Source: Nemertoderma westbladi
Taxonomy: Eukaryota; Animalia; Xenacoelomorpha
DNA length: 41,207 nt
Reading direction: 5' to 3'
NCBI GenBank assembly: GCA_032718475.1
Contig: JAUCBJ010000036.1
Coordinates: 1 to 41,207, forward strand
The notes beneath the pieces were generated by a model, which had not been told where the DNA came from, ran no database searches, and saw only the letters and a program-made list of their open reading frames with translations. Both the position numbers and the translations under genes were made by a program. Each line of letters opens with the position of its first letter. Position 1 is the stretch's first letter. Below, piece after piece: positions 1-9,566 of the stretch.

Positions 1-40
1 CCGTGTCTAGCCGCGAATTTCGCAATCTCGCTAACTAAAT

Positions 41-2350
41 CTAACTGTCCGCGCCCCGTTCGGTGGCGTCGTCCAGTCGTTCCCTTCCGCGCGTTGTTCG
101 TCGGTAGGAATTATTAACGGGATCATCTTCTCGATGTGTCGGAGTCCGTCTAGTCTCCTGTTCTCTCCTCGGTGGTCGATGTTGTCTAGGTTGTTCCAAC
201 TCCACGCTGGTTCGAGATCGATCCGACGGTTGCGCTTCGAGTCGTTCTTCGAGTTGAGCTATTCTGTCCGTCATCTCGGTGAACTGTTTGGCGCTGATCG
301 TTTCCGCTGGTTGCAACGTGGGTTTCTGTTGGGGTGTTTCTCGTGGAGGATTGTCAATATAGGGGTTCGTCGATCGTTCCTCCCGTTTGTAATCCGCTGC
401 CGCTGCCGCTCCAGTACGGAATATTTCCCGTTCCGTCGACTCCGAGTCACTGGATGAATCGCTGTCGTCCGGATAAGGTGGTTGGCGGGTTCGCGTCCGG
501 CGTATTATCCTTGGTCGAGTTCGTTGTGATCTGGGATCTACGGCTCTCCGTTGTTCGGCAGGCTCGCAAGCCTTCCACGAAGTCGTAGGTCTCGTTAAAC
601 ATTGGGTGAGAGGTCTAGTAAAAACATCGGAGTTAAGCTCTACTGTAGGTTTATAAATGACTGGGTTCGCGCAGCACGTCACAGGTTTAACTTGTAATGG
701 TTTACTCACCTGTTTTACTGTCATAAACGCAGGTTCGTCTCTCTCTACAAGTAAACTACGACTTACTGTAGGTGGACTAGTTATGTTACCTGCTAAAATT
801 GGCGATGAAGTCGCCCTAGGTTGCGGTATTTCCGTCACAACAAACCTGCTACCTTGCGTCGGGCGCACAGGCGTTATTTCCTTAGGTTTCGTAACAAAGA
901 CCGGTTTTATCGGAGTCGTGGGTTTGAGCATAGGAATAACTTGGGGAAAACGTTTGCAGTAATCCTCGACGAACTCCTCTCCTCGATCTATCGCTCCCAC
1001 ACTTCCTTCCTCGATTCGCTTCTGGATTCCGCGATATCGAGTCTCCATGCGATCCAGGGCAGACAAGTCGTGTCCAGTTCGAGACCTTATAGATCTATCT
1101 CTCGCGTCGAGTTCGAGGTCCGCTTGCGCGTTCGCTGTCTCACGCGATCTACGATTCAATTCGAACTGTAGTTGCATCTCCCTTTCGCGTCGATCCGCTA
1201 CTTGTTGTTGTGCCGCTAATTCCGCTTCCTGTATAGCTAATCGTGCGTTTATTTGTCGCGCCTCCAACTTGGCACGAGCATCGGATGCTGCTTTCTTCCG
1301 TGCTAACTCGTCGGCTGCTGCCGCCGCTTCTCGCGCTAAGTCCTCCTCCAGTCTGCGCATTTCCGAAGCTTCGAATTCGGCTTGCGCCTTGAGTTGTGCA
1401 ATTCTTGCCTCGTCCTCTCTATGTTGTTTCTCTCCTTCGATGGCGATCTGTGCCATCTGGTGTCGCGCTTCTTCCTCGGCGACTTGTTGTCGGCGTGCAA
1501 CCTCCTGTTGTTGTCGAGTAATTCCAGACGCTGTTCTACTAACGTCGCCAACGTTGCCAACGTCGCTCCGTACGCTAACGAACGATCTATCCAGTGGTGG
1601 ATGTTGGTAGGCTCGCGAGCCTTCCGTAGTGAGAACTTCCGTCGTCCCTCGCGGTTCGACTTCCGGTTCGTCGATCGGTACGCCGCATCTACGAAGAAAA
1701 TTGGTCAGCGTTTCCAACCTTCCGTCCAGGCAGTAGAGTTCTTCTTCCTCTTCGGGTTGTAACAACGCGTCCGAAACTGACTCACCTAGCAGTTGGTCAA
1801 ACTGCTCCTGTTGAGCCAATCTTATCACCGACTTAAACTGGATAAGGCTTTCTCTCGCACTTACCAATTTATCTACTATCTTTACCTGAGTAAAGATGTC
1901 GCCACGCAACTCTGCAAGTTCGTGCAAACCTTTAAGTTTATCTACGGAGGCATGTACCCTACTTTCTATTCTTACCTGTAAGGTGTAGAACTCGTATCTC
2001 GACATCGGGGCGGTTAACTCGCGTAAAACGCGAAAACCTTCTCCGAGGTTCCGAGTAATCTGGGCCATGTGTCCTCCTATACTTCTAATAACGTTCTCCT
2101 GGCTTCCAGTCGAACTTACCATGTCCGGTTCCCGCGATCTAGTCTGCGGGACGGTAAGGAAATCTTCGATTCTGCCGTCGCCACGCGTTGCGGCTTCCGG
2201 TATTTCCGTTCGGGGTACCGGCGACGCAAGCGGTGTGACATCGGTGGAATCTCGGGTTCTCCTTCTCGGTTCGTCTACTGTCGATCTGTCCGGGTCGCAC
2301 GAGTCATAGTCGGTAGGTGGGTATCTCGTCGAATGGGGTGTGTCACTCAT
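41..2350 (-). CDS. Gag-like N-terminal polyprotein region of the LTR retrotransposon (769 aa, then frameshift)
   Basis: Intronless GC-richer ORF with a long E/A/R/Q coiled coil followed by P/T/R-rich and SDSSSDSES low-complexity segments. It lies downstream of the LTR and PBS on the same strand. Confidence 0.72.
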   Translation of the reverse strand: MSDTPHSTRYPPTDYDSCDPDRSTVDEPRRRTRDSTDVTPLASPVPRTEIPEAATRGDGRIEDFLTVPQTRSREPDMVSSTGSQENVIRSIGGHMAQITRNLGEGFRVLRELTAPMSRYEFYTLQVRIESRVHASVDKLKGLHELAELRGDIFTQVKIVDKLVSARESLIQFKSVIRLAQQEQFDQLLGESVSDALLQPEEEEELYCLDGRLETLTNFLRRCGVPIDEPEVEPRGTTEVLTTEGSRAYQHPPLDRSFVSVRSDVGNVGDVSRTASGITRQQQEVARRQQVAEEEARHQMAQIAIEGEKQHREDEARIAQLKAQAEFEASEMRRLEEDLAREAAAAADELARKKAASDARAKLEARQINARLAIQEAELAAQQQVADRREREMQLQFELNRRSRETANAQADLELDARDRSIRSRTGHDLSALDRMETRYRGIQKRIEEGSVGAIDRGEEFVEDYCKRFPQVIPMLKPTTPIKPVFVTKPKEITPVRPTQGSRFVVTEIPQPRATSSPILAGNITSPPTVSRSLLVERDEPAFMTVKQVSKPLQVKPVTCCANPVIYKPTVELNSDVFTRPLTQCLTRPTTSWKACEPAEQRRAVDPRSQRTRPRIIRRTRTRQPPYPDDSDSSSDSESTEREIFRTGAAAAADYKREERSTNPYIDNPPRETPQQKPTLQPAETISAKQFTEMTDRIAQLEERLEAQPSDRSRTSVELEQPRQHRPPRREQETRRTPTHREDDPVNNSYRRTTRGRERLDDATERGADS

Positions 2351-2407
2351 GTCTTATTATATACGTCAAGTACGGATAATAAAATGTCAAAGTGTCTGAA
2401 TGTTGAA

Positions 2408-2570
2408 GTGTCAAACTTACCTTGGTATATATAGTATCTATATACCCTAACCGGTACAAATAAATCAACAAGTCAGAATGTCGAAATGTCAAAATGTCGA
2501 AATGTACAAATGTCAAACTTACCTTGATATATATATATATCATATATATACCCTAACCGGTACAAATAAA
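2408..2570. repeat. Tandem ~100-bp duplication plus AATGTCAA-type short repeats just upstream of the gag ATG
   Basis: tgtcaaacttaccttg...tatataccctaaccggtacaaataaa occurs twice (~2410-2464 and ~2511-2570). Confidence 0.85.
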
Positions 2571-3783
2571 CTAACAAGGTATATAATAAAATAAGTAGTA
2601 ATCTAGCCTACCGGCTAAATTTGTACGAATAAGCGAGATAACGGTATACGTTAACAAAATGTAGATCAACAAGTATAAACAATAGGCCAAACAGCAACGT
2701 CTAACGGGAAAATAAGTACCAACAACACTACTAATAGACAGTGAAACCCACAAATTTTGAGTACTACTGTGCTTTCTTAAGTTTGAACGACGCGAGTCGT
2801 AAAACTTACGTTCCTTTGATCTTCCAGTCGTACAAATTCCCAAATACAAACCGGACGTGGGTCTTTCCGTTTTTCGGCGGCGCGGACGAATTTATTGTCT
2901 CCCAAACTTTGCGAAAAGCGGTCTAATCCTCGAAGCGGTCCAGAAATGAGTCCTTGAGTCCTGAAAAGGTCGAAGGTGAGAGTTTTACTTCTACGCTTAC
3001 GAAAAATCTTCCTAGGTACCGATACAAATTGGTCTTTAAACCCTATGTACCTTTTCAAGTACCGAAAAGTAACACCGCACACACACAGGCGTAAAACAAA
3101 GTGCTACAAACTAACTGTTAGCTAGTCAAATATTAAATACGAAAGTACTAGCTACCCTAAAGCCTACTGAAGCAGGGGACATTCTAAATTACTAAATTTA
3201 CTAACCTTAATTTTTTAAATATCTCCTACTTACAATAGCTAACAGATCTAAACTATACTATACGCTACGGCGGAAATACTATATACTAATTTATATAAAT
3301 ACTTCCTACTGTAAGGTAGGAATATTTTACACTACGATAGAAGTACTATACACTAATTTCAGAATTTGTATAATATACTTCCTACTGTAAGGGTCCAGTA
3401 GTATACCGCTTACCAGATCCTAGTAACGATGTATCTTACTATGAGACTCTAGTAATGTATACGGGCTTGTACAGTATCTGACAACAAATCCCAGTCCAGG
3501 ATATCTAAACAAACAGATACAGTACACAAACGACTACTGGCGAGGAACAGAGCCTTGTATCTATTCTATGTACGTGAGCGGGTCTAATGCCTACGTACTA
3601 GACAGAAGGATACCTGTCCTCTAACCGGTGAGGCAGATGTACAGTTACAGTAACAGACCAAACTCACGGGAAAACAATCCCCGCGCAGCGAATCCTAACT
3701 ATCGCTGACAGTCCTAAATACAGTAACTTGCCGTGGTGTGATTTATATGGGTTATATACGAACTAGGTGGTTAACAGACCTAG

Positions 3784-3899
3784 TGTAACAATGCTGATCA
3801 TCCCTGTCGAAATCAGCCTAAAGGTCGTGCCTAAATGTAACAATAACTGATCCCCCTGTACGAAATCAGTCTAAAAGGTCAGGCCTAAATGTAACAATA
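3784..3899. repeat. ~53-bp tandem duplication in the retrotransposon leader
   Basis: tgtaacaat...ctgatc...ccctgt(a)cgaaatcag.ctaaaggtc..gcctaaa occurs twice, followed by a third tgtaacaat. Confidence 0.85.
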
Positions 3900-4970
3900 C
3901 CGTTGTCCAGACAAACAACAGTTTAATAACGAAAGTGAAATACTCCTTATCTTGCCGCAACTAAATCAGATCCTAATTTTACAAATACAGATAATTTCCA
4001 CCTAAAGTAATGTATAGTACGCTATAGCTAGTAGAACTTTAAGGGCAATATGTTTTAGGGCGTGTGTGTGTGGGTGTGTTACAAATAAAACAATTTCGTG
4101 TAATTCCTTTTACTAGGTTTTAATGATTTTCTGACTAAAATGATACCGTGCGCTAGCTACTAAAATAAACTAGTCGCGTTTGTAGAACTTTATACTCACG
4201 AATGACGTCAAAGCTCTCTCCTTCCTATCCACAACCCAATGGGCAACCACAGTGTTAGTAACTACACCCGTGATCGGCACTAATACCAGATTCTGGTTGT
4301 AAGATAAGAATAGGGGTTAATCGCTACCGTACGTTAGCTGATCTGGTATACTAATTTAATTCTAGAACTTTGTTGCTGCGGTAGTTAGCAGCAATACCTA
4401 TCAGTACGTGGCAAGGCGCGGTAGGATATTAATAAACCTCCCTAGGCCAAGCAGTGTGCCGGTAGCAGAAATACTCCTTGCCTGATCAAATAGCTAACTC
4501 CAGACAGGGGGGGGGGGGGGGGGGTACTAATGTACGTTCTACAAAGCGAACCGGTACCAAACAGTCAGTGCTATGAATCACTAAATTATGGAACATATGC
4601 TGTCCGTACCTAATATGTACTCGCGTACTGACGAATGGCAATAGTTCGCACCTGTAGGAAGTACAGGTTAACCCAGGGATTCGTAGGACTTGACAAAGGG
4701 GGGGTGTCTGGATATAATTATTTGATCCTAAATTTGCGGCGTCCAGTACGATGTCACGCTTACCCTGATCTATAGGTCTTACGGCGGGCAAGGGCGTCGA
4801 ACAAAGTCTTACCTTCTCACAAAGCGGGCGCTGCATAGCAAGTGGAGCATTTCGAAGGGGCAAAGGGGGTGCGCGGTCGATCCAATGTGGGCGCTAGCGT
4901 GTTGTGGACATCCCTTCCCTGCGTTGCTTACGGCCTAACGATCTAGGCTGCCATCTCCCTGGTGTTCGGC

Positions 4971-4988
4971 TGTCCCGAAGTCGGACCA
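4971..4988 (-). promoter_or_regulatory. Primer-binding site TGGTCCGACTTCGGGACA, possibly for a tRNA-Tyr
   Basis: It starts with TGG just inside the LTR. The implied tRNA 3' end CCCGAAGTCGGA-CCA has G72/A73, the eukaryotic tRNA-Tyr identity elements (inference). Confidence 0.6.
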
Positions 4989-4998
4989 AAAGAAAACA

Positions 4999-5295
4999 TG
5001 TCAGGAAATTGCAGTATATTTACAGTTTTACAAAAGGATTTATCAAATAAAGTTTCAACAAGAAACCGAATTAACTAATTTTACAAGAATAAACGATATC
5101 AGGATGATAACAGGTATAAGGTGATAACCGAAGGCAAACCGGCCTTTTTATACTAGAAATTGCACATGGAAACTAAACAGAATTTTCCACAGCTTCACCA
5201 TTGAGCAATGAAGTGCTTCGTGCTCTATGATTGGCCCAGCTCATCGTTCAACGCAGTCCGGCCCTTACACTAATCTGGGACATGGAATCCTAACA
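4999..5295 (-). repeat. Putative 5' LTR (297 bp)
   Basis: The minus strand begins TGTTAGGA (5295) and ends TCCTGACA (4999), a 7/8 inverted terminal match. It contains a TATAAAAA box (plus 5145-5152) and a CCAAT box, and the PBS follows 10 nt after its end. The outer boundary is uncertain (see findings). Confidence 0.7.
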
Positions 5296-5437
5296 GAATT
5301 TTCCACTGCCTCACATTTGAGCAATAAGATAATTTATGCCCTATGATTGGCCTGGCTCATCATTCGCTACGCTGTACGCTTCTCATTGGCCTACCAATTA
5401 GCACCACACGAAAATAAATGGCCCCAAAATACAAATT

Positions 5438-5506
5438 TCCCGACTGGGATTCGAACTCGTAACCTACGTAATGTAACCAACGCCTTAACCATCTGACCAC
5501 TACGCC
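5438..5506 (-). repeat. tRNA-derived (Pol III) SINE head / tRNA pseudogene
   Basis: A box TGGTCAGATGG (plus 5489-5499) and B box GAGTTCGAATCC (plus 5447-5458) at tRNA-like spacing. The acceptor and anticodon stems do not pair properly. Confidence 0.7.
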
Positions 5507-5658
5507 ACGAGAGTACCTAAGGGTTTTATGTGTACAAATATGAATAGGCATATTACATTACTGTAACTTAATCAAAATACGTCGGATTTTCAAAAGTTTT
5601 TACGTTAAAGTTAAACTACAAATGCTACCTTATAGTGAAATAATTCATCAATGGTTCT

Positions 5659-5715
5659 TTTCGGGGAATCTCATTCATCTCGATTGCTGCAAAGCTATAC
5701 AATAGAATTCTATTA
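5659..5715 (+). mobile_element. Short RTE reverse-transcriptase fragment (FRGISFISIAAKLYNRILL), antisense to the adjacent RTE copy
   Basis: Translation matches the 'RGISL.SIAAKLYNRIL' motif of RTE RT and joins precisely to ILLNRIRDPIE, where the minus-strand piece starts at 6708. Confidence 0.75.
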
Positions 5716-6708
5716 GCTAGCTAGGATCGGCATGCTGCATTGCAGCTGCATTTTTAAGAATGCTGTGCTGGCTTGTCAACAAAATCGCTCCACCACAACT
5801 CCCTATCACCCATGACATTTGCTAGATCATCCGCATCTTCAAGGCCAGTGTCCTTTAAGATGCGTCTCAAGAAAGTCATGGGCTGTCCACCATGCTTATT
5901 CACTCCATGAGGCAGCCAAAGTACAAGATTATGCACTGGATGGTCCTCACGGCGAAAGCAATGTCCTGCAAAGCGGAGGCGATTTTGTTCTAGTGTCAAG
6001 CTTGGGGGAACCAATGAGACACCTCCAATGTTATATAGTGTCTGGTTGGAGATGTGTGCTTTGTACTTGACACAATGAACCCGGCGTAGCATTCTTGTGA
6101 ATGTGCCATCCAGAGATTTGGTGTCCTCAGCAGTTAGAGCAAGGCATGGACTCCCGTAGAGGAGTACTGGAACTACTGCTGCTCTAAATAATCGGACCTT
6201 AAGTTTCCGATTAATTCTCGGTGACTTCCAAATCCTGGAAAGCCTATTCAAGGCTGCCCATGCCTTTCCCTTACGTATTCGAAGGTCCTCACCTGACTTC
6301 CGGATCCATGATCCCAGGTAACATAAGTCGTCCACATGCTCAAGCATACCATCCTTTGAGCTTATGCTCATCCGATCAGAGACTTGCTGAGGACTTTCAA
6401 AGTTAACTGTCAAAATTTTGGTCTTTCTGGAGTTAATAAAAAGACCAACACTAGAAGCAGCATGTTCTAATGAGCTGAGGAGCCGTTGGGCTCCCACTAA
6501 TGTTTCTGGGAGTACTCCTAAGTCATCAGCAAAGTCTAGATCAGTTAGGTACTTGGCAGGATTACCTCGACTTCTGGAGCCAGTAGGTGCTTCAATTATC
6601 CTTCTAAGTGCCAAAATGGGCTCCATGGTCCCACGACCTTTACGGAACCCATTCTGATTTCCACGGAGCAGTCTCTCAATAGGATCCCTGATGCGATTTA
6701 ATAGAATT
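5716..6708 (-). mobile_element. RTE-clade LINE 3' portion, copy 1, with the RT core internally deleted
   Basis: Motifs NQNGFRKGRGT, LDFADD, CYLGS, LLYGS and RLRFAGHC are present. IIE is fused directly to PTGSRSRG at ~6590. The 3' UTR ends gcatgccgatcctag as in copies 2 and 3. Confidence 0.92.
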
Positions 6709-7028
6709 GTGGTCACAAGTCCCAGATAGACCATATTCTGTTTCGTAGGAAATACAGGAGCTCTATACAAGACAGTAATGCATTTACACTTCGACCCTTC
6801 TCCAGTGATCACCGCCTTATTGTGGCCAAGGTAAGACTTAGTCTGCGTGCTAGCAGAACAACGAAATCTGCCTTGCCGCGGCATGGCTGGTCCTCTCTGT
6901 TGCAACAGCCAAGTGTGAGATCCAGCTTCACACTACAGCTGAGCAACAGGTATGAGGCTCTTGCCTCTGAGGCGGCAGATCACTGTGAGGGCTATACTGC
7001 CTTTACAGAAGCAGCCTTTGCAGCGGCC
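6709..7028 (+). mobile_element. Inverted RTE fragment: C-terminal part of the APE endonuclease plus linker
   Basis: The plus frame reads GHKSQIDHILFRRKYRSSIQDSNAF...SDHRLIVAKVRLSLR...LQLSNRYEAL, containing the APE QIDHIL and SDH motifs and the RTE-typical 'LSNRY/FEAL' linker. Confidence 0.85.
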
Positions 7029-8138
7029 AAATTTTGGTGCCAGCACCAAATTATGAAATTTGTCAATTTTGCATAGTGATTGTTCGAATCTGTTTTTGTG
7101 CAATACGGGTTTTTTAGGGTTCTGGTTTCGATTGAATATATACGAGTTGCACCACCCATATCAAACTTGTATTTCTCGGTGCTGTGTGCAAAATTTGGTC
7201 CCAGTTCGAAATTTCGAAGATCCACTCAATAGTTTAATTGATTGTGACAATTTATCGGAAGTGGGTGTAAAATTTGGTGCTAGCACCAAATTTGGAAACG
7301 CATCAAATATATCATTGATTTTGTCGCCTTGTTTCTTGCGTTATGCGGTTTTTTCAGGATTCTGAATAAATTCGAATAAGTAAAAATTCCCTAAGTGTTT
7401 TCAAACTAGTATTTTTCGCTGGTGGGTAAAAATTGTTGTGCCAGCACCAAATTTTGGAAATTAAGCAAATTGATCAGTAGATAGTATCAACTTGTTTCTT
7501 GCGTTATACAGGTTTATGAGGGTCCTGAATCCGATGGAATCAATAAAAACCGAACTGGAAATCTCAAACTTGTACTTTTTGGTGATGTGTACGAAATTTG
7601 GTGCTAGCACCAAAATTTGCCATATTACGCCAAAAGAATACGAGTAGCAATGACCTGGAGCATTAGAAATGTATTCCATTATAATCAGCGCCTCAGAAAA
7701 CCTAAAATCTGCATTTATACAGTAGCATCGTATAATTGAATTAAAAATTTTGTGTTCAAACTGAAAAGTGCTGGTTACTTGTTTTTTATTTTTTTGCCTA
7801 CGTAGAGGACTAAAACAGTCATTTATAGTAATCAGATAATTTTTAAATATTTTCCAATGGATTCTGCACCCAAGAAAACCTGTAGTGAACAAAGATTACC
7901 AGAAAATTGTAACTTTCAAATTTTTTTACAATTGTTCACTACTTGAAATTTTGGTGCTGCAAAATAACCATCGCAGTAAATTTTTTTTCTCTCGGATTCA
8001 GACTAATGAAATCTACGTAGGGTCTACAAACAAAAAATCAGACGTTTTCGATTAAATTTGTAGATTTTAGAGGGGGGAGGGTCAATATGACCCCTCGACG
8101 GTATTTGTACAACATTGTATAGCCCGGTACTAATAGGG
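7029..8138. mobile_element. Truncated non-autonomous DNA transposon (piggyBac-like right end) with ~160-bp internal tandem repeats
   Basis: It ends ...AATAGGG|TTAA (8135-8142) with a subterminal hairpin (gggtcaatatgaccc). The palindrome aaatttggtgctagcaccaaattt recurs at ~7030, 7270, 7430 and 7595. The left end is missing. Confidence 0.55.
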
Positions 8139-8145
8139 TTAACCA

Positions 8146-8386
8146 TTTTTTTAGGTCTGCGTAGCGAGACCTCTAGTATTCACTCAATTGTTGGTGTTAA
8201 TTTCTCGTTGGGTTTTGGTATTAAGGAATGATACTGCCCCTGTGGCTCAGTTGGCAGAGCGTTGGGCTTAGAATCTCTAGGTACCGAGTTCAATCCCCCA
8301 TTCCGGTGAATGTTTTTTGTTGTAAGATTGGTAGTAAGCCATGTGGAGACAGTTAATGCGTTAGTAGACGCGATTTCGCGCTTGTT
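8146..8386 (+). mobile_element. Short interspersed element, possibly Helentron/DINE-like, with an embedded tRNA-like segment (8236-8308)
   Basis: T-run start, hairpin aggtctgcgtagcgagacct, A box TGGCTCAGTTGG, B box GAGTTCAATCC, and a 3' GC stem-loop (cgcgatttcgcg) followed by cttgtt. The acceptor stem is unpaired, so this is not a functional tRNA. Confidence 0.5.
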
Positions 8387-9566
8387 ATCTTAATTGTTTC
8401 ATTGATTATTATTCGTTCTGAATATATAAATCCGCACAATAAATATGTTATTGTGTAGAAAAGATCATAGGCTGTCAGAAAATATACAACATGTCTAAGT
8501 TTAAGGAGAACTACAGTACAACATCGTCCCTTTCATTACCAAACAACCTAAATGACAAAATTGACTTTTCCTGTAAAACAGCATTATAGATTCTAATTTT
8601 GTTTGCAAGTAATACTCCAGGATTTTGGTCTTATTTACTTTTAAATCCATTAAATGTAATGATTTTAAACAAAAACAGTTATGGTATTGGAATTATGTAA
8701 CATATTAGATAGGAAACTATGTATAGGGATATAGGTTGTTTCAAAAAAATTATTACATTTTTTACAATGATTACTCAAAAAGCATTAAAACCCTTAAGAC
8801 AAATTCGATTATTAAGTTTTAAAAATATAAATCAAATCTCCCCCTATCATAATAAACAACAATTCTAGCTTCTGATTCGTTGATTCCAATTTTATATCAA
8901 CGTTTCCCGGGCTTACCCTATTTATAATAGTAAAATTTATTATATAGGTTGTTTTAAAAAAAAATTCATTATCATGCGGTCTATACAAAACTAGTATATA
9001 CTGTAGGTGGTTTTGAAACGTTAAATATCTCAGTTATACGTGGGAGTATGATGGCCTTCTAAGTGAGTTAATCGGATTCAGAATACATTTTAACATAAAT
9101 AAATGCAGAAATCTCCATTTCAGCAAAATTGGCATATAGGTGGTTTTTAAATGAAAGGGACGACATGTTAGTAGTTGATGACCAAGCATATTACTCCAAA
9201 AAAAGAACATTAGGAAGTTTCCATTTTTCATATTTGATGGCCCATAACTTTTCAACACGTATTCATTGTTAAAACATTTTTTCGTAAACATGGCTATAAA
9301 ATTCCCTTCAAAATGATATATAGGCCTACAGTAGTTTTCCACATTTCTGTCAAATTGTAGGCCTACTTGAAAATAAATGGGAAATCTTACACTTGCCCAC
9401 TTTTTTTTGAAGCGAATGACCCACCTTGTCAATTGTTAGTCACTAAATATATATATACAAGAATACTACGCCGAAAACATAATTTTGTCCCATTATCCCA
9501 TTTTAAACTCATTGTAAAGTTTTTTTGACAGTATCCCCGATATTTTCTCCTTTATTTTCTCCTTTA

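Larger units (their letters stand above)
1..5295 (-). mobile_element. 5' part of an LTR retrotransposon, probably BEL/Pao-like (5' LTR, PBS, long leader, gag-like ORF); continues beyond the left window edge
   Basis: On the minus strand the order is LTR with TG...CA termini, TGG-initiated PBS, then a long coiled-coil/low-complexity ORF. The continuing frame reads SEIAKFAARH, resembling the 'DFAKFLARR' segment of BEL/Pao gag. pol is not in the window, so the superfamily is inferred. Confidence 0.75.

Noticed and set aside
134-2434. Plus-strand ORFs overlapping gag
   Set aside because: They are antisense shadows of the GC-rich coiled-coil ORF.
5754-6905. 383-aa ORF as a single genuine protein
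   Set aside because: It is chimeric: the first ~65 aa are the antisense of an inverted APE fragment and the RT core is deleted.
7029-7620. Palindromic repeats with spacers as a CRISPR array
   Set aside because: The context is eukaryotic, the spacers are long and homologous to each other, and there are no cas genes.
8236-8308. Functional tRNA gene
   Set aside because: A and B boxes are present but the acceptor and anticodon stems do not pair. The same applies to 5438-5506 and the lone B box at ~33781.
9525-9566. N-terminal MTVSPIFSPLFSPL of the 310-aa ORF
   Set aside because: It derives from flanking DNA and the duplicated target site, not from the element or a gene.
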